Both the position numbers and the translations under genes were made by a program. The notes under the pieces are model-generated. The model ran no database searches and was not told the DNA's origin. It was given only the letters and a program-made list of their open reading frames with translations. A stretch of DNA of 64,000 nt from Vicugna vicugna (Eukaryota): assembly GCA_013265495.1 (NCBI GenBank), contig MU057651.1:124001-188000 (forward strand). The letters run 5' to 3'. Below are positions 1-12,110 of this stretch, piece after piece (within the stretch, counting starts at the first letter, position 1; every line of letters starts with the position of its first letter).

Positions 1-30
1 ACCTAATTACCTCCCACCACCAAAAAAAAA
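1..30 (+). mobile_element. 3' tail of a camelid-type tRNA-derived SINE, truncated by window start
   Basis: acctaattacctcccaccacc+A-run resembles the tail of the SINE at ~7907-8022 (aaacctaatccccccc) and the reverse complement of the tail of the SINE at 52758-52888. Confidence 0.5.
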
Positions 31-2149
31 TTTTCAAAAGAAATAGAAAAACAGATCTTACTTTAATTCTATGATATTGTTGTTACAGAATTAAATTAAC
101 TTGTTCCTCATTGTAAGACATTTAATTTCCTTCTTAATTGTTCCTATTATAAAGAATTGTGTTGAATATCCTAATAGTCATTTTCCACTTCTAAATGGTA
201 CATACCATTGGTGCACTTTGAATTGTTTTAACAGAATTACAAAGTTTACTTTCTCTCACCTGTAGCAAACTCATCTGGGAGAATTGTTGCTTTATGAGAG
301 AATGTGTGCACACATGTGTGAATTGTAGGTGCAATGTGTACATGCTTGGCTGCACATCTGCTGTTTCCTAGAACAATTCTCTTTCCTTCATCGCTGCTTT
401 TCACCTGTGGCTTCTCTTTGTATATTTAGGTCCTAGTCAAAGAACTGATGCCAGGAATTCAGGTCTACAAATAAACCGTGTGGTTGTAAATCATTGTAAC
501 TACTGTTAAATATTTTCTCAGGGTGAATACCCAAGAATGGATTTACAAGCTCAAAAGGGAATGCATATTTTAAATACTTTGCAATTGCCTAAGTACTATC
601 CAGAAAGGTCGACCAATTCACATTCCATAACCTGGAAACAAGTGAGAAAGTCCTTGGGGGTAGCGCAGAACATGTCAAAAAGTGTTTGCCCTGAACCTGC
701 TTTCAGACAAGAGCACGTCAATAGACATAAACACCAGTAAGGAGGAGCAAGTGGACTTGACCCACCAGGGCAACAGGAGACAGGCCAGGTAATGGTAAGG
801 AAGACCCAGGGCCTAGGGTCAGTCAGACTGGTCTCCTCTTTCCTTCCCACCCTCCATCTAGGTCCTGCCCACCTTCTGAAGCCCAAGTCAAGGTCTTTTA
901 CTTCCATGAGGCTTCCTCTGATTACATCAGGCTAACTGGCGTTTGCCTCCTCTGAGCTCCTGTTGGCCTGGCAGTCCACCCTTTCCTTTAGCTCTTTCTC
1001 CAGATGGCCTCATGTGAAAGGGGCCCTTCCTCTCCAGCTAGATCATCTATTCCAATCCTAGGGTAATCCCACAGGGGATGTGGCTCACTCTCAGGAGGAT
1101 AGACCTGGAGAAGAGGCAGGAGCAAGCCTTGGATTGGGGTCCCAGGTCCTTTGTGCAGGGTGTTCTAGGGTCCTGGGAGTCCAGAATGTGGTGCAGAAGG
1201 ATGGAAGTGAAAGTTCCAAGTCAGCACATCTTCTTGCCTCACTGACCCCTCAGTACCTGGGGAGAGAGCATCCAGAGGACCAAACACTGACCCTTCTAAA
1301 AGTGGGGCCTTGGGTGGAGGACTTTTCTGCTCAGATCTAAGGAGATAATTGCTTTGTGCATGGTGCTTAAACCCTCTGTTTAGCTTTTTTCATATATAAA
1401 ATGGATATGACAATAGTTCCTTGCAGTTGTTGTTGGTAGTATACAATCAGATAACGGCAGCAGAGCACCTCTCCCTTTTCAGGACCTTCTAAGCATTTCT
1501 GGAACCCTTTCCATTAAGCTGGAGAAAAGCAACTGCTAATCAGGATGCTTCAACCTTTTTAAGGACAATGTATTCAAATGTTTTTCTAATCACATGCTTC
1601 TTTCTATGGTCCTGAGAGCTGGCCCGAGCTCTCCTGTTTTAGAGGTAAAGCCAGGACAGGGAGAGCAACTTACTAAGTGTCCCAGAGTCAGTTCTAGGTC
1701 GGGCACTGGGACTAACACCACCTCCTGTCTTTCACACCAGTGTTCTGTCCAGCAGACCCAAATCATTATATCTTGGGTTTTCTGGTGCTCAGATACACAT
1801 GCTTCCCAGAAGATAGAACATGGTGATAGAAGAGCAAGTGAAATAAAACAACATGGGGTGAGAGTTTTTTTCCTTTCCACATAATCCATTGAGCTCTTTA
1901 TTCTGCCTCACAAAGGGGCACCAAAACTTATACAAAACAAAAATAAATGTTTATGCCTCTTCCTGTTATTTTTCAAATTTTACCCTCAGAACTATGTGGT
2001 TTTTATTGGCAAATTTGTGACTTTTATCAAAGACTGAGGGGAAGTTGAAAGGTAGCCAATGTCTGTTGAAAACTGTATATGATCTGAGTGCTTTGAACCA
2101 AGTGTTATCCAGAATTCCCAACAGATATGGTGGGGAGTAGGAGAATGGT

Positions 2150-2242
2150 GGGAGGAGGGTGGTACAGCTCAGTGGTAGAGTGTGTGCTTAGCATGCATGA
2201 GGTCTTCAGTTCAATCCCCAGTAACTCCATTAAAAAAAAAAA
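2150..2242 (+). mobile_element. tRNA-derived SINE (Vic-1-like)
   Basis: Pol III A-box (agctcagtggtagag), B-box (gttcaatccc), A tail. 14-bp TSD agaattcccaacag at 2111-2124 and 2243-2256. Confidence 0.9.
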
Positions 2243-2567
2243 AGAATTCCCAACAGTCAATTCTGTGAGGTGTTCGTTATTAGTCCCCTGTCCCAGATGA
2301 GGAAACTGGCTCACAGTGTGTACCAGACAACTGAGGATGCTGCAGGCAGCACAGCTTCCTGGCAAATACCACCACCAAGACTCCGGCGTCAAACATTACT
2401 TAGTTTCATTTTGAATCCTTTTCCCCAAATGAAATCCTAATATAATAAGAGCTTGCATTTTTAAAGCACTTACCATATGCCAGGCACTATTCTCAGGACT
2501 GTACACCTACTAACTCATTTAACTAATTTTATTTTTTTCTTTTCCGACTATAAAAAGATGTAAGTTC

Positions 2568-3016
2568 GTTAGACAGAAAACCACAGGCCCAAAACCCAAT
2601 CTCTGGTGCTAAAGCCTGTGATACCAAACCTAGACTTAATACCTGACCTAACTGCAGTTTCAGCCTCTCCCAGAAATGTAATCTTAAATCAGCCAGTCTG
2701 GAATTTTCTGGTCAAGCAACAGTAAAGTAATCTGTCACGTAGGCCCTCTCCATCCCCTAGAGGAAGAAGCAATCTGTATGATAAAACCCTTGCTGATCCC
2801 TTCCTCCCCATCCCCCCGCAAAAGGTGTTCTAAGATAAAAATAATCCTTTCTTTTATTTTGCTAATAGCTCCCTTGCCCCACTCTCCTAACCTTTCATTT
2901 TGCACAGCCCCTGGGAACACCCTTCTAGAGGCTAGATGGATGGGATGCTGCGGGAATTGTCGAATAAAGCCAATTAGAGCTTCACATTTACTCAGTTGAA
3001 ATTTGTTACTGTTTAA
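2568..3016 (+). mobile_element. ERV1-like solo LTR upstream of TCEAL9
   Basis: LTR-like composition with AATAAA (~2964) followed by a U5-like end (gccaattagagcttcacatttactcagttgaaatttg). Termini degenerate, no clear TSD. Confidence 0.6.
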
Positions 3017-3431
3017 AAATACAAAATACATAAAAGTATTAAGTATAAAATCTAAAACTACATTAAAAAAAACCTTACTCTTGTCCCAGGCTCCTTTTTT
3101 TTTTTAACAACCTGCTGTCAAATCAACCCTGTTCCACAGCAGGCAAGGACCAGATTGCAGATGAAATGGAGGCTGGGGGAGGGGCGATGGATGTAGGTTG
3201 AAGTTCTCAGTCCTGGGAGCGGAAGGTAGGAAAAGACAATTCTTGAAAGAAGTAAGAAAGTTTAGCTCCAGAAAAAGATGCAGCCCCTCTCTAGTAATCG
3301 GAGAAAGGCAAATAACAATTTTCCCTCTGGGATAGGCAAAAAAGACGGACAGGGCCAAATGAATAAGGGGGGAGGGGGCATAGGGCCGGCCCACTTCTGC
3401 CGCGCTTTTGGTGGGAGTGGAAATTGAGGAC

Positions 3432-3535
3432 CCGAGCTCACTGGTGACGTAGGTCTCACGTGACCAGGAGTCGACGTGTGCAGAAGTCCTGCTAGTCTGG
3501 TCCTGATTCCCGTCTGGGTACCAGCTTCCTTCAAC
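3432..3535 (+). promoter_or_regulatory. TCEAL9: TCEAL9 promoter/exon 1 conserved module (BGW-type): half-CRE plus palindromic E-box
   Basis: ggtgacgt (3443-3450), TCACGTGA (3456-3463), gtctgggtaccagct (3513-3527). Collinear with BEX3 17602-17700; locally CpG-rich. Confidence 0.85.
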
Positions 3536-3596
3536 AGCGCAGACAGCGGGGCCCGCGGCTAGGGGAAGGAGGAGTCAGTTTGCTGGAATTTTGCAG
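3470..3596 (+). other. TCEAL9: TCEAL9 non-coding exon 1 (start approximate; donor GT at 3574 or 3597)
   Basis: Follows the E-box module. Candidate donors GA|GTCAGT (3574, positionally homologous to the BEX3 donor) and CAG|GTTGGT (3597). Confidence 0.55.
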
Positions 3597-4091
3597 GTTG
3601 GTGGCAAAATAGCTGCTGCCCAGGGATTTCTAGGGTGGGGGTGGCCAAGAGCAGATACTTGAGGGAGTCCTGGTCTAGTCCATCTCTCCACTTCCCACCT
3701 CCACGTCTGCGGGGAATGATAACCCTTGGGAAACGGACTAGGGGGGGTCTCGGGAAAAGGACAAGGACACCTGTGATAGTTTAAAAATAATCATCCTCCG
3801 CCACCTCAGACCGCTTTCCTAACACCTCCCCTCCTTCCAGCCCCCCACCTCTGTCTTAAAGATAGTTTGGAAATAATCTGCTTTTCCTACTCCCTGTCTG
3901 ATGGAAAATTCGAGCTATCTGGCATTGTGGAGAGAGGGAGAAATGGGGGAAGCAGAAGGTGGGAAAGTTACCAAAGCCGAGAAGCTTAATGGAGAAAAAA
4001 GTGTGGGGTGCTGGTCGGCCCACCAAGCGCTCGCCCCACCCCATCCCACTCCTCCTCTCCCCTCCCCCTCCCGTTTCCCGTTTGTCCGCAG

Positions 4092-4165
4092 GTCTGCAGG
4101 TCTGTTGTTCATAGCAGTACGCAAGGCTAGAAAAGGCAAGGAAGAAAGTGACTGGATCAGTACAG
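4092..4165 (+). other. TCEAL9: TCEAL9 non-coding exon 2
   Basis: Pyrimidine tract ending tgtccgcag| then gtctgcaggtct (BEX3 exon 2 starts gtctgcgggtct). Donor CAG|GTAGGT at 4166, alternative GTGAGG at 4170. Confidence 0.8.
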
Positions 4166-4628
4166 GTAGGTGAGGGAAATATTAAAAAGACCCCCAGGGT
4201 GGAGGTGGGCGAGGGAGGGACTGGGGTTGTCGGCCTCACTGCGCCTCCCCCTTAACCCCTTCTCCCAGCCTACTCTGTCTAGAAAGCTCTTGTGTTATGC
4301 CTAGTGCAGGAGAAATGGTTGAGGAGGGCCTTGGAAAAGGCTGGTGGGAGGGACAAGAGAGAGGTGAGGAGGTGGAAAGTGAAGGTAAGAGCTGCAGGCT
4401 CAGTGAATCCCTGATGGCTGATTGAGTTTCCCAGATGGAAAATATTTGATGATACCTCTGAATCAATAAAAGCAAATACTGAGACCTATGTCCGGAGCAC
4501 TGTTCCATTCACCAAACCTTTGACTTAACGTCTCCTTCTCGTTCCCTAGAAATAATTGTTTTCAAAGAGGAATAAGCGGAGAAAAAGTAAGGAAGAGGGA
4601 AAGGAAGAAAGGAAGAGAGGCAGACAAG

Positions 4629-4925
4629 ATGAAACCCTGTCAAAAAATGGAAGGAAAACCAGAAGATGAGAGTGAACCAAAGCTTGAGGAAGAGCCAAAG
4701 CCTGAGGAAAAGCCAGAGGAGGAGGGAAAAACAGAAGGAACTTTTAGAGAAAGGCTGATTCAGTCTCTACAGGAATTTAAAGAAGATATACACAACAGGC
4801 ATTTAAGCAAGGAAGATATGTTTAGAGAAGTGAATGAAATAGATGAGATAAGGAGAGTAAGAAACAAACTTATCGTGATGCGTTGGAAGGTTAATCGAAA
4901 TCATCCTTACCCCTATTTAATGTAG
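4629..4925 (+). CDS. TCEAL9: Transcription elongation factor A-like 9 (WW domain-binding protein 5), 98 aa, single coding exon
   Basis: MKPCQKMEGKPE...GTFRERLIQSLQEFKEDIHNRHLS.EDMFREV.EIDEIRRVRNKLIVMRWKVNRNHPYPYLM is recognisably WBP5/TCEAL9. Acceptor ttccctag| at 4549; lies next to BEX3 as in other eutherians. Confidence 0.97.
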   Translation: MKPCQKMEGKPEDESEPKLEEEPKPEEKPEEEGKTEGTFRERLIQSLQEFKEDIHNRHLSKEDMFREVNEIDEIRRVRNKLIVMRWKVNRNHPYPYLM

Positions 4926-5345
4926 TTTACCTTGATTTTTCTTTTTTCTGATGTTAACGTTACTTTTGATTTGCGTCCTCTTGATTTACCTTTGGCCATC
5001 TTTCTACTTTTAACTTGTTGCTATTAGTGGCTTTAGATGCGTCTCATTGTTTCTTGTATTTCAAACCAATCTACAAATCTCTGCCTTTTCATAGGAGAAA
5101 TCTACTCATTTGTACAAAAAGAGGTTCCTGAATAGATATAAAATGAAAAAAAGATTACTAAGTAATATGTGAATATCATATTTTTGAAAGGGGAGAGTAC
5201 ATTTGTATATTACATATATGCACAGAAGAACATGTGAAGGATGAAAGACAAAAAGTACAATCAGTGGTAGGATTATGAGTGATTTTTTAATTCAGCTTAT
5301 TTGTATTTTTCCTTATTCCTAGAATGTACACACATTGTTAGAAAT

Positions 5346-5351
5346 AATAAA
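5346..5351 (+). terminator. TCEAL9: Probable TCEAL9 polyadenylation signal
   Basis: First AATAAA seen after the stop, ~420 nt into an AU-rich 3'UTR. Confidence 0.6.
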
Positions 5352-7273
5352 AATTTTATAAAAAAAAGAAGTAACCAACAGCACTTAGTGTATTTCTAAA
5401 GGCATTGGGACACATAATATTTATTGGCAGAATTTTAGAAGCAAATGTAAATTCAAATTACCACCAGACCGCTTAGCTAGAAGAATAAATTTTACATCTT
5501 CTCTCATCTGTAAAATAGAGATAATGATCTCTTAAGGATCTTGTGGGGACCAAATAAGGCAATGGGTGTGAGCTCTATTTGACAGCTTTTGTCCCCATCT
5601 GCCCATGCAGGATCCCAACTCCCAAGAGGTTTTAGATACTTTGGAGGCTGGAGAAAGTAGTTCTCACCTGTGCTTAAGAACAAATTCAGGCAACTTTTAG
5701 GTGGGTACCACCCTTGTGTTTTCTCTCCTGCTGTGCCTGCCCAACCCTCCATCTTCTTCCCCTTGATATAACCATGTATATTGGGTATATATGTCCCTCC
5801 ATCCAGGTCCTGTACCTCTCAGGCACCTAACATTGCTGATATGCTAGAAATCTCAAATAATGAAGCTCAACATGTTTCTTTTGGGCCCCCCTACAATGGG
5901 CTGACCGCCCCCCCACAGACTGACCTCTACAGAAGTGGGGAAAATGCCCATCTCTTCAGTTTAGGTTATGCAGGGCCACTTGGGCCATGATATCTTATAG
6001 ATACTTGAGCAACTTTGGGATTTTAATCAGAGATCCATTCTTCCCCTTAAGACTCAGACACAGTGGGTCTGTTTGGGGGTTGGATCAGAAGATAAGTCTG
6101 AGTAACAGACACTATGCTTTAGTCAGAATTGATTCTCTGAGTCTAAAGATTGGTTTTATCTTCTGTCTCTTATTTCCTTAGGGTGAGTGATCTCCCAAAA
6201 GACTGGTGGCAGGCCCTCCTCACCAGTTCAAAAGATACCCCTAGACTGTAAATTTTAAAGGGAGTTTCAAGTCAGATTTGGGAGATATATCCATTCTTAC
6301 CTGGAAACATGGAAGTGCTGTGTAAGACTTACTGTTCATCTATATTTATATCCAAATCTTCATAACTATGTATGTTTCTGTATGTGTATGTGTGGCCGAC
6401 AGCTGTGCCAGTTGTGTCTTATTTTTCCTCTGTGATGCTCTTTTTGGGACAATCTCCAGACTATTCAGGGTTATGGCAGCCTGATGGATGCTGGTCAGGC
6501 TGGATTCTGGCTGAAGCGAGATGAGGGTCCAGAGACTCCCTGTGCCAGTTTTATGGGACGGGATGAATCCAGCCCCCTGGCCCTCTGAGGCGTGGAGCTG
6601 GGGCAGGACGTGGAAGGTCTCCCCTCCCAGGCTCACCTCTCTTCAGGGTGGTCTGACTTTGTCGTCTCTGCTCCAGCCTGCAGCAGACACCAGACTCTTC
6701 TAGGCTGATGGCTGGACTGTCCTGGCCATACATACCTGGAGGACAATGACTGTCCCATTGCGAGTCAGAGCACTAGACTTCCTTTCCTCCTTTTTTCCTT
6801 CACAAAAGGGCTTGATGGGAACTTTTAAAAGGGAAGAATATAAGACTTCAAAATTCACTAACTAAAAATATTGGTTGTGATACTCTTTGTCCCAGCCATG
6901 ACTACTCTGGATGTAATCAGGTAACTTGGGAATAAAGTAGAAGGGCCTGGTGGTAAGTGGAGATGATTTTAGATAGTCCACAAATATTTTAAGTTGTAAT
7001 GTCCATGTGTTTATTTGAATATGTGTTAAATGAATACTCTCTAACACTAAAGATGATAGTTTAGATTTAAGGTGGTGTTATAAAGTTTCTTTTTCAAAAA
7101 AGTACCCATATTTCCTTTTCAAAAAGTATTCAAATTTAATGAGTCAGTTGGAAGACAAACATGAAGTAGAATATATTTATAGCAAAGGTGGTACATAGTG
7201 ATATGGCAGAAATCATTCTAGTGGGAAACATTGCCCTAGCGTAATTGATCTAGTGATAATGTCATGAAACACC

Positions 7274-7740
7274 TGTCATACAGTCTTGAGATTTTACCCT
7301 ACTTACAAATTAACAAGTTAACCTGCTACTGTTTAACTCATGCTATGGCAGGAGACATCAGAATCCTGGGTCAGAAATGAAGGACATTATTACTCATGGC
7401 AAAAGCAGTAACCACAACTTCATATTGGTTTGTACAGTTCCTTATGATCCTTAAGTCCCATAGGGTGACACAGCCCACTATGGGTGTGTTATATCCAGTG
7501 CACTGTATTCTAGGGAAGATACTCTGAGTTTGGAGAATTCACTCATGAGCAGAAGCAAGCCTGCTCTGTGTCCTGGAAAAGACGTTACCTCATCCCTCAA
7601 AGTTGCTTGCTGCAGACACAGCCCTCAGAAATGGCCTGTCTATGTAAAGAGTGGTCAGGGCCCTACCTTCTTGGTATACCCAATAAGAATGTGCAGGGAT
7701 GCTCAGAGCCCAAGGTAGATTGCCTCTCCCAGTAGTAACA
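7274..7740 (-). mobile_element. Old LTR element (ERVL-class, MER74/MER77-like)
   Basis: TG...CA bounded ~470 bp segment with motifs recalled from old ERVL LTRs (gaatcctgggtcagaaatgaaggacattattactcatggc). Family uncertain. Confidence 0.45.
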
Positions 7741-7906
7741 GTTTTTTTCCGGGCAATAAACCTTAATGTGCATGGCAAGTCTTTCCTAACATCACAAATT
7801 TTGATTTTATAATTAAAATTTAAATAAAGTTGATAATGCATTATACTGTAGAGTGTAAATGGAATTTATAACTCTGTCTAGTTTTTACTTAAATACGTAA
7901 AATTTG

Positions 7907-8022
7907 GAAGGGGGGAAGGATATAGCTCAAGAGGCAGAGTGCATGTTTAGCATGCACAAAGTTCTAGGTTCAATCCCCAGTGCCTCCTCTAAAAATAAAT
8001 AAATAAACCTAATCCCCCCCAA
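7907..8022 (+). mobile_element. tRNA-derived SINE (Vic-1-like)
   Basis: tatagctcaagaggcagagtgcatgtttagcatgcac...ggttcaatccccagtgcctcc, (aaat)n tail. Degenerate TSD taaatacRtaRRattt on both sides. Confidence 0.88.
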
Positions 8023-9289
8023 ACTAAATACATAGGATTTTGAATGAATCCTAATTAACTGAATGAAAAGAACGTCAACTAAGAACATAAAAGTAAATAA
8101 TCTATGAGGAACTTTGAAGTTACAGTAAGACATAGCTACCATGACACACAAAGTTAAAGAAGTAGAGGAGCAAAACCAGTGGATTTATCAGGATGCTAAG
8201 GACAGGAGTAATCTTATGTAAAATTTTTCACTGAGAAACTGCCAGGAGTGTGTGCACGTTTGAAGGTCAGCCCCAGATCCCATACACGTGTAATCACCAC
8301 TGCCTCTATAAAAGGAAAAGGCAAAAGCTAAGAGAAAGGCTGGTCTGTTCCCTCTATAAGGTAGAGTAAGGGTTGTGGGAGGGGGGCTTTTCACATATAA
8401 TGGTATCCAAAAGCAATTATTTGATATTATGACACCAGCGTTTTGTAAGAGCCATTGCAAAAAAGCTGCATCATTTTCCGGATAATTTAATTGGGTATGG
8501 AGCATCTCTTCATGTGCTTATTGGCCATTTGTACATCTTACTTTGAGAAATGTCTATTCAAATATTTTGCCTAAACAATCCCTTAATATTTTCAGTACAG
8601 TGTAGGTAAAAAATCTGTTTAAAAGAATGAGGTAGATCCATATGTACTACATATTCATCAGTAAAAGAAAAATGAAGGACAGTATTACACACACACACAC
8701 ACACAAATATTAAGATGAAGCCCTTTAGCTCACAAAGGGGAGGGATTGTGTCTTTTAAAGTGACATTTTGATATCTGATGAGGCCTCCTGCCATCTGGTT
8801 GTTTAAGAAATAATTATTTTTTTAAAAAATTCTCCTAATACGTAATTTTATTATCCTTGAATTGCAACTGTCAAAAAAGTTTCTTGGACTTATGCAGAGC
8901 CCTTCTTCCCTTCCATGAGCTCTGAGTCTTTTTCCAGATGTTATGTCATTAACCTACGATTTAATTGAAAAGGAAGTAAGGCTTAGAGAGATTAAGTGTC
9001 TTGGCCAAGGTCACCCAGCTATTAAATGGAATGCCTGCCTAAGGTCAAAGCCCCTTGCTTCTAATCTCTGCTCTGCAACAGTTGGTATATAATAAATAGT
9101 AACAACAACAACCAACAACCATTTGTGCTAAATGGACTCCTATCAATTCCTTAAAGCTCCATGCCCTTTCAAGTCCTGATCTTTGTTCCCACAGTTTTCC
9201 CTACCTGAAACATTCTCTTAACCACTCCTTACCCACTTAGCCTGGATAACTTCTACTCATTTATCCCAGAATTAATGTTACTTCTTTTT

Positions 9290-12110
9290 TTAAAAATAGC
9301 TTTTTTGAGATATAATTCACCTACCATACAATTTACCCACCTAAAGTGTTCAATTCAGTGGTTTTTAGTTTATTCACAGTTATGTGCAACTATCACCACA
9401 GTCAATTTTAGAACATTTTCAAGTCAAAAAGAAACACCATACATTAGCTATGACCCCTCCCCCATGCCTTTATCCCTCCAGCCCTAAGTAAATACTAATC
9501 TACTTTCTGTCTCTACAGATTTCCTTATCTGTAACATTTCATAAGAATGTGCTCATATAAAATGTGGTCTTTTGTGACTACCTTCTTAGCATATGTTTTC
9601 AAGGTTCAACCATTGTGTAGCATGTATTTCTTCATTTCCTTTTATGGCTGAACAATATTGTATGGATATGCTACGTTTTGTTTATCCATTAATCCGTTGA
9701 TGGATATTTGGGCTGTTTTCATCTTTTGCTTATTATGAATAATGCTACTATGAACATTTGTGTACAGGTTTTGTGAGGACATATGTTCTTATTTCTCTTA
9801 GGTAGATATCTAGTTTACAAGTGGCTGTCTAGTTGTTCCAGAACTACATGTGAAAGGACTACTTTTTTCCCCATTGAATGGTCTTGGCATCTTTGTGGAA
9901 ATCAGCTGACACATGGTTTTATTTCTGAACTCTCAATTCAGTCCTATTGACCTATATGTCTATCATGTGCCAGTATCATACTTTCTTGATTGCCATTGCT
10001 TTGAAGCAATTTTGAAATCAGGAAATATGAGTCCTCCTACATTATTCTTTTCAAAGATTGTTTTGGCTATTTAGGGTCCCTTGCAATGCACACAAATTTT
10101 ATTTACATCCCCACCCTCACATATGAATTTTAGAATCAGCTTATCAATTTCTACAAAGAAATCAGCCAAGATTCTGAAAGGGATTGCACTGAATCTGTAG
10201 ATCAATTTGGGAAGTATTGCCATTTTAACAACGTTAAAATTTTCAGTTCATACACATGGGATTTTTCTCCCATTTAATTACATCTTCTTTCATTTCTTTC
10301 AATAATGGTTTGCAGTTTTCAGAGTATAAGTTTTGTACTTCCCTTATAAAATTTATTTCTAAACATTTTGTTCTTTTTGATACTATTATAAATAGAATTG
10401 TTTTTTAATTTTTTTCAGATTGTTCATTGCAAATGTAGAGAAATACAACTGATATTTGTATATTGATCTTGTATCCTGCAACCATGCTGAAGTTGTTTGT
10501 TAGTTCTATTAGTTTATCAGTGGATTCCATAAGACTTCCTATATATAAGATCAAATCATCTGTAGAGATAGTTCTACTTATTATTTTCTGATATGGATGC
10601 CTTTTATTTCTTTTCCTAGCCTAATTGTCCTGGATAGAGCATCCAGTGTAATGTTGAATAAAAATGGTGAGCGCACACATCTTTGTCTTGTTCCTGTTAC
10701 TAGGGGCAAAGCATCCAGTGTTTTAACATTAAGTATAATGTCAGCTGAGGGTTTTTTGTAATACCTTTTATTACACTGAGGAGTTCCTGGTTTGGGGATG
10801 TTAAAGCAACCTTGCATTCTGGGATGAATCCCACTTGGTCATGATGTATAATTGTTTTTTATATGTTGCTAGATTTGTTTTCTTAGTATTTTATTGGGGA
10901 TTTTTGCAACCATATTCATAAGAGATACTGGTCTGGTTTTTTTTTCTTGTATCTTTGTCTGGTTTTAGTATCAGGACAATACTGGTCTCATAAAATAAGA
11001 GGAGAAGTGTTCTGTCCTTTTCTATTTTTTTGGAAGAATTCTTGGAAGATTCTTGAAATGTTTGATAGAATTCAGCAGTAAAGCTATGTGGCCTAGAGTT
11101 TTCTTTCTAGGTGGTTATAGGTCTATTCAGATTGTTTACTTCTGAGATGGTATTGATAGTTTATGTTTTTCTAGGAATTTGTCCATTTCATCTGTTATCT
11201 AATATAATGGCATGCAATATTTCATGCTATTTCATTTATAATCCTTTTTCATATCTGTAAGGTCAGTAATATTGGCCCCTCTTTCATTTCTGATTCTAGT
11301 AACTTGACACACCTCCCTCTCTCTCCCTCTCTCTCCCTCCCTCTTCTTCTCTTTCTCTCCCTCTCTCTCTCTCATATCAACCTAGCTAAAACTTTGTCAA
11401 TATTGTTGATCTTTTCAAAAAACCAGCTTTGGTTTCACTAATTTTCTCTATTCTTTTTCCATTCTCCATTTCATTAATTTCTGCTCTAATCATTATTATT
11501 TCCTTTCTTCTGCTTGCTTTATTCTTAGTTTACTCCTTGTCCCCAGTGTTTTAAGGTAAAAAGTTAGGATATTGATTTGAGATCTTTCTTCTTTTTTAAT
11601 GTAGGTATTTACAGCTATATATTTTCGTCTAAGAATAAGTTTAGCTTCACCCCCATAGGTTTTGGTATATTGTGTTTCAACATACCAAAGTTCCATGCCA
11701 TAAGTTCTCATATGCTGTATGTTTTGTTTCATTTTTCATTCTTCTCAAAATATTTTCTGATTTCCATTTTGATTTGTTCTTTGATGCATTGGCTATTTAA
11801 GAGTGTTTTGCTTAATTTCCAGATATTAGTGAGTTTCCTAATTTTTTTGTTATTGATATGAAATTTTGTTCCACTGTAGTCAAAGAAGCATCTTATATTA
11901 TTTCTAATTCTTTAACTTTATTGAGGCTTGTTTTATGGCCTATCACATGGTCTACTTTGAAGAATGCTCCACATGCACTTGAGAAGAATGTGCATTCTAC
12001 AGCTGTTGGGTGGCATATTCAATGTCTATTAGGTCTAGTTGGTGCATAGTGTTCTCAAATCTTCTGTTTCCTGGTTGATCTTCTGCCCAGCTTGTCTATT
12101 TTCCCAAATA
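9290..12110 (-). mobile_element. Decayed LINE-1 (3'UTR plus ORF2 fragments)
   Basis: Minus-strand ORFs give L1 ORF2 peptides (KPSADIILN...[37 protein letters not shown]). T-rich L1 3' end at ~9290. Confidence 0.9.

Noticed and set aside
2160..2230. tRNA gene-like sequences (also ~7920 and ~52820)
   Set aside because: A/B boxes are present, but with A-rich tails and TSDs they are SINEs, not tRNA genes.
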